The position numbers and the translations under genes are program-made. Of a stretch of DNA of 64,000 bases, positions 13,645 to 25,987 are shown piece by piece. The notes beneath the pieces were generated by a model, which was not told where the DNA came from, did no database searches, and saw only the letters and a list, made by a program, of their open reading frames with translations. Position 1 is the stretch's first letter, and every line of letters begins with the position of its first letter. Location of the stretch: contig NIVC01000472.1 of NCBI GenBank assembly GCA_002269645.1, positions 1 through 64,000 on the forward strand, given 5' to 3'. This DNA comes from Macrostomum lignano (lineage: Eukaryota).

Positions 13645-16600
13645 GTGAAAGCTCATTCAACCTGGATGAGTTGTATTTACTCTGCGTCAGATTCATTAGA
13701 GGTGAGTCGTGAGTGTAGTTGATTTTGATTGAAAAATCTTTAAAATTAAATATTTTTTTTAGTCTATCTATAGTTTTTAATACAATATTCTACTACCTGA
13801 AATAGATTTAAATGTTTTATTTTGCTTTACTTAGGCCCTAATTACTACTACATTACTACCACCTACTATATTGCATTGCATTTCTATCGCATTAAAACTA
13901 GGCCTAAGCCTAGCCTAGATTTTTCTTGCTATTACTTATGATGCAATTGCAAATTGCATCTAATAATAATATTTAATTTGAGATACAATTTTGAATTTGA
14001 AAGTTAGAATGCTAGGTAGGGCTATTTATTAATATATAAAATAGCATTCCTATTGCAAAAAATACTAAGTAAATTACTGAAATTCCTTAGTCACTAAGTA
14101 TAGTGTCTAAGTAATAGGATTCTATGATTTTATATCTCCTTATAAAAGTTTAGAGTGTTAGGCCTACCAATTGATAAAAGTTACATATTAGGCCCTATGT
14201 GTTGTAGGGAATCCTTCCTTCTTAATAAGATCCCACCGCTGAGACCAAAAGCTGTTGCAGGGCTCTGTCTCTCTATAAAAGATTCCCTCTGCTAAGTCAC
14301 CAAAAGCTGTCGCAGGGGCAGTGGTCCCAGGATGGCGCGAATTCGTGCCAGGCGCGAATTTTGAGTAAAGTGGCGCAAATGCGCGAGTTTTTCTGCTGTG
14401 GCGCAAATTTTTTCTAACTGAGTGGCGCAAATTTTTTGCAACTGAGTGGTTCTTTTGACATTGGTTCTCTCGAAGTAGAGGCTCAACTGCATCAAACCGA
14501 AATTGATTCCACAGCCAATGTCGATTTGGACATTGTTACATTCTGGCAAAGACTTTCCGAGCAAGTGGGGGACAAGTGCCCTCTACTGATTCAACTTGTT
14601 TGCGCACTTCTAATCCTTCCTAATGGAAGTGCAGAAGTTGAGCGCGTCTTTAGTACTTTGAGTGACACGGTCACAAAGAAACGCTCAGTTTTAAAACCGG
14701 AAACAGTCAGGGCATTGGTTGTGGCTCGTTCCTGCCTTTAAGCTCAACCAACAGGTTAGAGCAGTTGCCATAGAAAGGCAAGACCATGGTCGGGCAAGTT
14801 TTTAACATATCCTTATCAGAAGCAAAACTCGGTTTGTTCATCATTTTATTAGAGATAAATCTATTGATTTCACTACAAATGATATTCTTGGGAAATTGAT
14901 TCATTCTCAGAATTTTGGTGAGATTGTTAACTTCAATGTTGAAATTGGTCCAAGAGCTGCAAACCGTGTAGGCCCTGTGCAACAAACAACGAATCAGGCC
15001 AACTTTCCACTGTCTGGGACACACAGCTCCAAAATTAAGCATCAAGTTCATGAAAGTGGGCTTGCGGTAAACTTTAGTGGAAACCGAATTACTGTGGATG
15101 TCAACGTCAACATCAAGGAAAGGGAGTTTCTTGTCACCAACTTCAACCGTGAACTGGATGTTTTTGTGAGTGGAGTTCAGAGCAGCAAGAAACTCTTCAT
15201 GATCCGATCCCCCTTTGAAAATGGCAAAGGTGTCATCAATGTAGCACTTGTAGAATCTAGGAGCACATTGCAGGGTCATCCACTCTTTCTCCAAATGAGT
15301 CATACAAATGTTGGCAAGAGTGGGCGCAAGGGGGCTACCCATCGCGCAGCCATCAGTTTGGCGGTAGTACTTATCATTAAAAAGGAACAGACCAGAGGTG
15401 GCAAAGTTCATAAGTTTTTTTAAAGTACTTTTTGGGAATTTTGGAGGGGCATGCTCATAGACATAGTCAGCGGCCAGATTAATAGCAAACTGCAGAGGAA
15501 CATTTGTGAACAGAGAGGTCACATCAAAGCTACAAATGTAGTCATTGTTAGTTGGGGTAACCTCTTTCAGATGGTTCATAAAGTCAGTGGTCGAGTTGAT
15601 GGAATGGTCACGTGGGATGGTGGGCTTGATCAGGTGATCAAGAAATTTGGCTAATTGGTACTCAGCAGTATTAATCATGGAAACAATAGGTCTAAGAGGT
15701 TTGTTCGGTTTGTGAATTTTACAGACACCATAAAGTTGACCAGGCTGACTGCTATTTGGCATGATGCGTTTGAAAGTTTCGTCTTCAATGTGTTGTTTCA
15801 CATGGTTGCGCAAAAAACTCTGCAGGGATCTCTCAGCTTTCAGAACAGGATGCGCAGTGGAAACTTCAGTTATTGCTCCCAGACAGTGGAATTTGGATTG
15901 GTCTTGAACAATCTCGTTCATTTTCATGTTGTAATCATTTTCCCGCAACGCTATTGCTAGCAAGAAAAATAGGCTTACTCACAAGACTATGAAAGGCCTT
16001 AGGGAGAACAAAGAGATAAAAATTGTTAGCTATGATAAAGGATATGGCATTGCCATCATGGACACCAATGATTACAACATGAAAATGAACAAGATTGTTC
16101 AAGACCAATCCAAATTCCACTGTCTGGGAGCAATAACTGAAGTAGTCTAATATAAATTAGACTTTATATGACTTCTTTATACTATGGCCTGGGTTGCATT
16201 TGTTTTTGTGCAAAGGTATCCTATCCTTCAGTTGTATATGACCCATGGTTAAGCAAAGGTATAATTGGCTTTGGCTTAAGCATTTGCAAATAGTTTCAAC
16301 CAATCTTCCTAGTTTTACTGGCTTTGTATTTTGTTGTTTACCCTTTTACTAATTGGTTGCAGCTAGCTTTGCCCTTTTAGCTATGTTGTCATGCCAATGA
16401 TTTGCTAGGCCAGGTTGCTGCTATTTTTAGGTCTTCAGAGGATGACTCTGTAATCTGTTTGGCTTACTAGCTATAGAGACAGTGTCTTACTGCAAAGTAT
16501 GCATTTATTGCCATACAGGGCACTTGGGTAAAAAAATATCAAGAAGGTCCACTACTTTGCAATGGTCCTGAGTATAAACTATGATTGCCTATCATACAAC

Positions 16601-19600
16601 TATTTAAGTAGGAAATTTTGCCAGAAATATCCCATCTTGAGCCAAGATCCATGTGGGGGGGGGGGGAAATGCTAACTAGCAGAGTTACCCAATGACTAAA
16701 GGATAGGGTTTTCCTTACACTCCTAACATCTGAATTTTTTACCTGAATTTTTGTGTGAAAATTTTTTACATTTTATATGAATTTTATAACAAAATAAATC
16801 AATTCCATTTTCCCTAATGTTTGCTAAACCATCAATTGAAATTTTATCTAAAAAACAAGTTAAACAAACTTAAAATGTATAAAGATCTGATATTATTGTT
16901 GATCAGGCTGAATGACACTGTCATTTAACTACATAATTAAGCTACATTCATGCACCAATCTCATTGAAATTCTCAGAGAAAGAAGGCAAAGCATTTCACC
17001 TGAGCTACCAGGACCGGCTTCAGTTAGCGGCTCACTGCAAGCAGGTGGCCCACGGCCCCTACAAGTCTGATGCTTCGCCTGGCGTCGGGTGGCTGGATGT
17101 GGTTGGCAGCGATAGAAAGTAAACTTGGCTAATTAATTAACTGTTGCTAATTAGACTATGCGAGTTAGGAAAATTATCCCAATAAACAAATTATTCACGC
17201 ATGTCTCTTAACCAGGGCTACCTGGCAGTCGCTCGGAGACCTGAGTCGAGAACGGGCTCAAGAGAAATTCGTGGAAATTCTTGACCGAGCCTGTCCTCTG
17301 CTGGCGCCCTACCTGGAGGCGCATCTCAATGAGAAACGGGATCGGGAGAATAAGATTAAGGAGGAGGCCGAGGCCAAAGAGTGAGCGATTGATGGGTTGT
17401 AGTATGAGATTGACATTGAGATATGGGATTTGCAGATTAGAGTATGCGAGATTTATAGATTGGAGTCTGAGATTGATAGACGAGTGTGAGATTGATAGAT
17501 TGGAGTGTGAGATTGATAGATTGGAGTGTGAGATTGATAGATTGGGATGTGAGATTGATAGATTGGGATGTGAGATTGATAGATTTGAGTGCGAGATTGA
17601 TAGATTGGAGTGCGAGATTGATAGATTGGGATGTGAGATTGATAGACGAGTGTGAGATTGATAGATTGGAGTGTGAGATTGATAGATTGCAGTGCGAGAT
17701 TGATAGATTGGAGTGCGAGATTGATAGATTGGAGTGCGAGATTGATAGATTGGAGTGTGAGATTGATAGATTGGAGTGCGAGATTGATAGATTGGGATGT
17801 GAGATTGATAGATTGGGATGTGAGATTGATAGATTTGAGTGCGAGATTGATAGATTGGAGTGCGAGATTGATAGATTGGGATGTGAGATTGATAGATTGG
17901 AGTGTGTGATTGATGGATTGGAGTGTGTGATTGATAGATTGGAGTGCGAGATTGTTAGATTGGAGTGTGTGATTGATAGATTGGAGTGTGAGATTGATAG
18001 GTTGGAGTGCGAGATTGTTAGATTGGAGTGTGTGATTGATAGATTGGAGTGTGAGATTGATAGATTGGAGTGTGAGATTAATAGATTGGGATGTGAGATT
18101 GATAGATTGGGATGTGAGATTGATAGATTTGAGTGCGAGATTGATAGATTGGGATGTGAGATTGATAGATTGGAGTGCGAGATTGATAGATTGGAGTGCG
18201 AGATTGATAGATTGGAGTGTGAGATTGATAGATTGGAGTGCGAGATTGATAGATTGGAGTGTGAGATTGATAGATTGGAGTGCGAGATTGATAGATTGGG
18301 ATGTGAGATTGATAGATTGGGATGTGAGATTGATAGATTTGAGTGCGAGATTGATAGATTGGAGTGCGAGATTGATAGATTGGGATGTGAGATTGATAGA
18401 TTGGAGTGTGTGATTGATGGATTGGAGTGTGTGATTGATAGATTGGAGTGCGAGATTGTTAGATTGGAGTGTGTGATTGATAGATTGGAGTGTGAGATTG
18501 ATAGGTTGGAGTGCGAGATTGTTAGATTGGAGTGTGTGATTGATAGATTGGAGTGTGAGATTGATAGATTGGAGTGTGAGATTAATAGATTGGGATGTGA
18601 GATTGATAGATTGGGATGTGAGATTGATAGATTTGAGTGCGAGATTGATAGATTGGAGTGTGAGATTGATAGATTGGAGTGCGAGATTGATAGATTGGGA
18701 TGTGAGATTGATAGATTGGAGTGCGAGATTGATAGATTGGAGTGCGAGATTGATAGATTGGAGTGTGAGATTGATAGATTGGAGTGCGAGATTGATAGAT
18801 TGGAGTGCGAGATTGATAGATTGGAGTGCGAGATTGATAGACTGTAGTGAGAGATCGATAGGTTGAAGCATGAGATTTATCTTTAGAATCATAAAAATAA
18901 AAGAAACTGACATGCAACAATGCGCCCTATTTAAAAAATTCTCAGACGCGAAATTCAACGCCAGAAGCAGCAAGAGCAGGAGCAGATGCAGCAGCAGCAG
19001 CGTAAGCAAGCCGAAGCGGCAGCCAAGCAGAACTTGGCCAATCAGAAGACAAACTCAGTGTCTGGTCCTGTAACCAACAGAGATGACTCGCGGCGTCATC
19101 AGCAGGAGTGAGTGACAGCTCCATCTTTTTTTAGCAGCTGAACTAGCAATGCAATTCGCTTATTGAAAAATCTCGTCAAAGAGTCGCTTTAGAATCACTG
19201 AGTTGCGTGAGACTCTTTTACGATTCTGAAAATCGCGCCTCCGTCGCATTTGAGTCGTTATGTTTTCAACGGGTAATATAATGTACTGCAGGAATGGTGT
19301 GGGCCACCCTGGCGGCAGTACTGCCCATTCTGCAGACTCCTGAGATGTTATTGGCACTGATTGGCCCTAATGGTTTAATAATAATTAATAGTTAGTTGAT
19401 TATACCTGCCTTTAATGCTCAGATGTGCAACCGACAGCTCAGCCGCAGCTATTGCTGGGGGGTCGCCACAAACACCCTCAATTACCCCAGCTAATGCTGG
19501 GACCCATCTTGCTCAAGGTCACAAATTGTTCCTAGTGGTAGTGGGATTCGAACCCCCAACCTTTCAATCATAACTCCGACGCTCTAACCACTAGGCAACC

Positions 19601-22600
19601 TAGGCATGCCTCGCCATACTACTTAGGTGGCGAGGCATTTAGCCTTAAAAATATGGTTACTGTTGCTCCTTCCGTTTACCCAAAATTACGTTTCTTTTGC
19701 TTAGCTTTCTTTCAAAGGCATGTATGACTAGGCTACAGCCCCATCAAGTGCGGCTGGATTCAGCATAGCGCATCAGGCACTCATCTCCCCCCCCCGTTCT
19801 CACCATATCCGAGCAGAGCTCAGATTCGGGCGGCGCTGAACCAGCAGACGGCTGTCCAATTTCGCCAATACGCGGCCGAGCAGCATCCAGACGACGCCTA
19901 CAAGCAGGCAGAGCTGATCGCTCAGCTGCAGGAGCAGCACTTCCAGCAGTACATGACTCAGGTCTATCAGCAGCAGTTGAAAATTCAACAAGAAGAAGAG
20001 CAAGCAAAACTGTTGCAGCAGCAGCCAAAGCAAAGTCAACAGAATTCTACGAATGAGTCTGCAACTGTTGAGGCGGCTGCAGCTGAGGGTGAGACGGGAT
20101 TTATTTTATGGGGATTTGTTGCTTTTGTTTTATTAGGGTTTCGGGACTCTGCAGTATTGGGGTCAGGGATCTGGAGTATTGGGATCAGGGATCTGTAGTT
20201 CAGTGATCTGGGACTCTGGAGTATTGGGATCAGGGATCTGTAGTTTAGTGATCTGGGACTCTGGAGTATTGGGATCAGGGATCTGTAGTTTAGTGATCTG
20301 GGACTCTGGAGTGTTGGGATCAGGGATCTGTAGTTTAGTGATCAGGGACTCTGGAGTGTTGGGATCAGGGATCTGTAGTTTAGTGATCAGGGACTAGAGT
20401 ATTGGGATCAGGGATCTGTAGTTTAGTGATCTGGGACTCTGGAGTATTGGGATCAGGGATCTGTAGTTTAGTGATCAGGGACTCTGGAGTGTTGGGATCA
20501 GGGATCTGTAGTTTAGTGATCAGGGATCTGTAGTTTAGTGATCAGGGACTCTGGAGTGTTGGGATCAGGGATCTGTAGTTTAGTGATCAGGGACTCTGGA
20601 GTATTGGGATCAGGGATCTGTAGTTTAGTGATCTGGGACTTTTGAGTTTTGGGATTCAACATCTATAGTGTTTAAAAAAAGTTGCATATAAAATATTTTA
20701 ATTCTGTTTTTTTTAAGTCAATTTTTACTGCTTTTTAAGCCAAGTATTTTGTTTAGCATCGCGACAACTTTTTATTATTTTTTTGTAATTTTATTAAATT
20801 ATTCAGTTTATACTACTGCTACTACTCTCGTACTATTGGTCAGCAGTATTTTGGTATTGCGCATCTGAAAAATATCCAATTTAATTAAGATTTCAATCAG
20901 CAGCTGCAGCAACAGCTGCAACAAGATGGAGATGATGAAGCAGAGGCTGGACCAGAAATTCTTCCGGCCAGCATGTGGACGAGAAACAATGCGGCCGAAT
21001 TTAAGAAAGAGATTCTGCGCGACAGCCGGCACTGCTGCATTAAGATTGGGTCGCTGGCTACGGCTACGGTAATCCGACTGACTGCCTGCTCTTCTCTAGG
21101 CTTAGTCCCGAGTTTAGTCTCGAGTTTAGTCCCGAATTTAGTCCTTTAAATGTAGTATTTCAATGTTCTTCTTTTGCGAATACATGAGTCCCACTTCTAC
21201 ATTCCCCAGATGTCCGAATCGAAGATCCCTAAATAGTCCCGATTGCTAAGAAGTCCCGATCATTGCAGATCCCTAAGAAGTCCTGATCATTGCAAATCCC
21301 TAAGTCTTGATCATTGCAGATCCCTAAGGAGTCCTGATCATTGCAGATCCCTAAGAAGTCCCGATCATTGCAGATCCCTAAAAAGTCCCGATCATTGCAT
21401 ATCCCTAAGAAGTCCCGATCATTGCAGATCCCTAAGAAGTCCCGATCATTGCAGATCCCCTAAGAAGTCCCGATCATTGCAGATCCCTAAGAAGTCCCGA
21501 TCATTGCAGATCCCTAAATAGTCCCGATCATTACAGATCCCTAAAAATCCCGATCGCAGATCCCTCATACAGTCCCGATTGAAATCCCTTAAACTCGGAC
21601 CCCAAATAAAGGTTATTACTGCTTTTATAAATGATATATCCTGTAGTTTAGCGCCGAAAACAGAGATCGACAACAATGAACCACATTGTCAATTTTGTTA
21701 TAATCATGCCACATTCCTGCAGTTGATTATTTATTAAGTAGTAGACTATGTAATATTGCCTAAGTAGGTATATTTTTTCTTAGAAGTGTACTACAGTCTA
21801 GTAGAAGTCTCTATTATTTCTACTCAGCTAATATATTATTTTCACGTGTCGCTTTCCGAAACGCATGTGTGTTAAATGCGTTTGCTCATAGCGGTGTACA
21901 TCATGCACTTCATTTTTGTTGTCAATAATCTTTGCACGCTCTAAACGGATTAGCAATGCTACTTTTTTTCCTTTGTGAAAATTCTACGTAATTTTTTAAA
22001 TTAAATTTGGTTTACTAACAGTAGAGTAATTTGGGTGTTCAACTGTTTTTTAGGAAAATTCCTGAAAAATTTGCGCTTAACAACAATGATAAATTTATTG
22101 CAGCCTTGCCTGACAAACCGGCCCCGGTTTTGACCAACGGCAACGCGGCGACTTCAAAAGTGTCGCCCGAGCTGCAGCCGCAGTCGCCCAGCGGAGAAGC
22201 GGCAACAACAAACAGCCTGATGGCCGCGCCAAGCATGTGGTGCGATAAGCAGCTGACAGCCGCCCAGTTCAAAGCTAAACTGGCCGCTGACAGCAATGCC
22301 AGGCTCAAGATTGGCCCTGGGGAGGTTGTCACTGTAAGGATGCTGGAGACAGTGGACTAGATGTGTAGATAGGAGAGTATATTGTGGGGTAAAGGAGAGT
22401 ATATTGAGGGGTAGATTTGTAGATATGAGAGTAGATTATAGGGTAGAATGAGTAGATAGGAGAGTAGATTGTGGGTAGATAAGTAGATAGGAGAGTAGAC
22501 TATAGGGTAGATTAGATAAGAGTAGGTAGGTACTAGAGGTTACATTAGTGAATAGGAAAGTAGATTATAGAGTAGATTTTAGTATATAGGAAGTAGATAT

Positions 22601-24787
22601 AAGAGATTAGATTATAGATTAGATAAGTAGCTAGGAGAGTGGATTGTGGAGTAGAGGAGTAGATAGGAGAGTACACAATAGGGTAGATTAGATAAGAGTA
22701 GGTAGGTACATTTTAGAGGCTAGATAAGTAGATAGGAGAGTAGATTATAGTGTAGATGAGTAGATAGTGGAGTTAGGATGGTTGAGTAGATGGGAAAGTA
22801 GACTAGAGAATAGATTAGCGAGTTAAGTGGAGTTAAATTAGAGAAGGAGGGGAGATTAGAGCGAGAGAGAGAGAGAGAGAGTGTGTGTGTATCAATCAGG
22901 GAAAGACGAGTTGCTCTGATTTTAATCAAGCATTATAATTATTTTAAAACTTTCACAAGTTAATTTTTTAACTATAAATAGTTTCTTTAATCTCTTACAT
23001 TTAATTTAACAAATATTCGATAATTGGTCTTGCAATAATGGCAATTATTTAGCTGGATGATCTGAAAGCTCATTCATTAGACACAGCCGGTACTTGGTAA
23101 TACCCTTTAATCCTTTAATTATTAATATTTATAATTTGTTACAAAATGGCATATTTAATCATGTTGAATTATTGCAAACTGCAGAGAATGTGGCAACTCA
23201 GTTGACAATGTGTGTTGTGTCCCTGTGTTTTGTATCGGTTAAATTCTTAGTTAATACTACTACTCACCAGCTCTTGTAAGTAGTGCAAACCGGGCATGTC
23301 TATGGTTTATTTTTTCAGGTTCGCGTGCCAACTCACGAGGAGGGCTCGTGCATAGTCTGGGAGTTCGCCACCGACCATTACGACATCGGGTTCGGCGTGT
23401 ACTTCGAGTGGACCATCTCGCCCTCTGACCGCGTCACCGTGCACATCAGCGAGAGCTCAGATGAGGAGGAGGAAGAGGAGGCCAACGACGATGGCAATAA
23501 TGAGACTGGCGAGGCTGAGCATCAACAGCTTGACGGAGGTGGGTCGGAGTTGGCATCTATTGGTATTTGCTAAAATGATTCGGGTGACCTACTTTGCTTT
23601 TTAAACGGTCCAAGCAAACCGATTTCAATTTGTCCTGTTCGAGTCATGCTTGACCCATCTGAGTCCTGCTTGACCCATCTGAGTCCTGCTTGACCCATCT
23701 GAGTCCTGCTTGACCCATCTGAGTCCTGTTTGACCCATATGAGTCATGCTTGACCCATCTGAGTCCTGCTTGACCCATCTGAGTCATGCTTGACCCATCT
23801 GAGTCATGCTTGACCCATCTGAATCCTGCTTGACCCATCTGAGTCCTGCTTGACCCATCTGAGTCCTGCTTGACCTATCTGAATCCTGCTTGACCCATCT
23901 GAGTCCTGCTTGACCCATATGAATCCTTCTTGACCCATCTGAGTACTACTTGACCCATCTGAGTCCTGCTTGACCCATGTGAGTCCTGCTTGACCCATCT
24001 GAGTCCTGCTTGACCCATCTGAGTACTACTTGACCCATCTGAGTCCTGCTTGACCCATATGAGTCCTGCTTGACCCATCTGAGTCATGCTTGACCCATCT
24101 GAGTCCTGCTTGACCCATGTGAGTCCTGCTTGACCCATCTGAGTACTACTTGACCCATCTGAGTCATGCTTGACCCATCTAAGTCATGCTTGACCCATCT
24201 GAGTCCTGCTTGACCCATGTGAGTACTACTTGACCCATCTGAGTCCTGCTTGACCCATATGAGTCCTGCTTGACCCATCTGAGTCATGCTTGACCCATCT
24301 GAGTCCTGCTTGACCCATGTGAGTCCTGCTTGACCCATCTGAGTACTACTTGACCCATCTGAGTCATGCTTGACCCATCTAAGTCATGCTTGACCCATCT
24401 GAGTACTACTTGACCCATCTGAGTCCTGCTTGACCCATCTGAGTCCTGCTTGACCCATCTGAGTTCTGCTTGACCCATTTGAGTCCTGTTTGACCCATCT
24501 GAGTTCTGCTTGACCCATCTGCAAGTCCTGCTTGACCCATCTGAGTCCTTGTTTACCCATCTCCAGATTCCAAACCCGCTGATGGAGCTGCATCAAAGCG
24601 GCGACGTCCTGACGATGACAAAGCGGTTGACGAGATCATCCCGGTGTTCCGGCGCGACTGCCACGAGGAGGTGTACTGCGGCAGCCACCAGTACCCTGGC
24701 AGAGGTGTGTACCTGCTGAAATTTGACAATTCCTACTCGCTATGGCGATCCAAGTGGCTGTACTATCGAGTTTACTACACAAAGTAG
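13645..24787 (+). CDS. ACBD3: Golgi resident protein GCP60 / acyl-CoA-binding domain protein 3 (ACB + Q-rich + GOLD); first exon not located
   Basis: Exons 13645-13701 ([13 protein letters not shown]), 16977-17118 ([17 protein letters not shown]...DVVGSDRK), 17216-17380, 18946-19107, 19817-20088 ([18 protein letters not shown]...LQEQHFQQY), 22104-22333 (AAPSMW...GPGEVVT), 23319-23538 ([28 protein letters not shown]) and 24567-24787 ([43 protein letters not shown]). All junctions are GT-AG and phase-compatible. An extra exon copy lies at about 20891-21068. Confidence 0.95.
14436..14741 (+). mobile_element. hAT transposase C-terminal dimerisation-domain fragment (intronic)
   Basis: FWQ...[42 protein letters not shown] matches the hAT dimerisation motif. 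Short GCGCAAATTTT subterminal-like repeats lie at 14330-14440. Confidence 0.85.
14745..16143 (-). mobile_element. Penelope-like element RT, 3'-truncated (no GIY-YIG), with inverted 5' segment
   Basis: ORF 14707-15963 has [54 protein letters not shown] and LLHRAY, all typical of PLE RT. Plus-strand 15962-16143 encodes the upstream [28 protein letters not shown] part. Confidence 0.9.
17440..18855. repeat. 21-bp minisatellite (GAGATTGATAGATTGGAGTGT) in an ACBD3 intron
   Basis: About 65 tandem units. It explains the CEIDRLE and LQSINL pseudo-ORFs. Confidence 0.97.
19450..19600 (-). mobile_element. tRNA-derived SINE
   Basis: The minus strand has an A-box-like CTAGTGGTTAGAGCG and a B-box GGTTCGAATCC, followed by a non-tRNA body (GTGACCTTGAGCAAG...). 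There is no intact cloverleaf. Confidence 0.75.
20135..20665 (+). repeat. 45-bp minisatellite (GGGATCAGGGATCTGTAGTTTAGTGATCTGGGACTCTGGAGTATT)
   Basis: About 11 tandem units in an ACBD3 intron. Confidence 0.93.
21208..21592 (-). repeat. 27-bp minisatellite (GATCCCTAAGAAGTCCCGATCATTGCA), inverted relative of the 45-bp array
   Basis: Tandem units whose reverse complement shares AGGGATCTG and TGATC(T)GGGACT with the 45-bp unit. Confidence 0.9.
22360..22880. repeat. Purine-rich low-complexity tract (GAGTAGATAG-like)
   Basis: Degenerate AGTAGA repeats ending in (GA)n(GT)n. Confidence 0.7.
23640..24560. repeat. 20-bp minisatellite (GAGTCCTGCTTGACCCATCT) filling most of the last ACBD3 intron
   Basis: About 45 tandem units that run directly into the 3' splice site at 24566. 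Confidence 0.97.
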
Positions 24788-25914
24788 ATCTGTTATAGAT
24801 TAGTAGAGAATTCTGTTGCTTTTTTCAATGTTTTGTTCAGTGATCAATTCTTTTTTTTCAAAATTTAGAAATAAAAACTATAAAGCTATTCCCCATTTAT
24901 TTCAATTGCGAATGTCAAAATAGTTTTATTAAAATGAAATTATGATACACTGAGAACTACATCTGACTTAAAAACCTATACTGTATATAGAAAGTCACAT
25001 TGATGTCCTTGAACCGTAGCTGTTTCTTGGAATTTTGATTATTTGGGTTCTTCTGACAAATTTTTCACTCTTGTCTTCCTAGTAGAGTTTAAAAATTTCT
25101 GTCGCAAAATATACGTTCAGTCTACTCTCTTTTTTCAGTAGCAAAATTAGCATTTTTTATCCTTTTTTAAAATGAGAAAAAAAATTTAGTTCCCATGCAC
25201 TCTTAGTTTAGGAAACTACTGAAAAAAGTAGTCACAGCGGGTTTTTTCAAAATTTTCCTCAAATGACGCATCTAATTAATAATTGATAGAACTTTTTTCG
25301 AATAATATCGGATTATAACGGCTAATTAAATTATGTATGTATACAATATTTAATATGCATATTTACATGCTAGTACTATGTACTGCAGTTCTGGCTCACC
25401 CAGAAACATCCATGGTGTTGTGTATTCCTTCAGTTAGTTCTATGCTACTTTGAAAATTTTTATTTATAAAATTACGAGTACGTTCTGAGTTGTGCATAAA
25501 AATATGGATGATTAATTTCTATTAATGTAATAATTAAAGCATTACGTTTGGTTTGTTTTGTTTAAAATTGTTTACAAATCCAAATTGACTTGACTGGCAT
25601 GAATGTCGAGTTATTGTTAATCATCTCTCTGTATTTCTCTTAGAGTCATATATTTGCTGAAATGCGTGAGTTTCCCGATATGATTATTATAACAATTGCT
25701 ACATGTATCTAGATTATCTAGATAAATTGGTTTTAATTCAGCAATATGCAGTTGTTGGTGTTACAATTGACAAGGTGAGAAGGATATATGAATAAATATA
25801 TGCATGCTATTGACAGAACTTTATTTAAGATTTCTGTCGGTGTTTATTTAATCCGTGATTTTTCTCTGTATAATCTGCTACTGTGAGCCTTCAATAGTTT
25901 TGTTTATTTCGTGT

Positions 25915-25987
25915 GTTTTGATTTGTGCTTAGCGGCAAAACGCGTCCGACTCTCGCGCCACGAACCCTGGTTCGATTCCACCAAGAC
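25915..25987 (+). other. Degenerate tRNA-Glu(CTC)-like sequence (pseudo-tRNA or SINE head)
   Basis: GTTTTG...CAAGAC pairs as an acceptor stem, the B-box GGTTCGATTCC is present and the loop CTCTCGC resembles a Glu anticodon loop. The D and anticodon stems are poor. Confidence 0.5.

Noticed and set aside
17453-19009. Long ORFs (518, 453 aa) with CEIDRLE/LQSINL periodicity that look coiled-coil-like
   Set aside because: They are translations of a 21-bp minisatellite lying inside an ACBD3 intron with good splice sites on both sides.
25915-25987. Functional tRNA-Glu gene
   Set aside because: The anticodon and D stems do not pair properly, there is no poly-T terminator, and it runs into a minisatellite.
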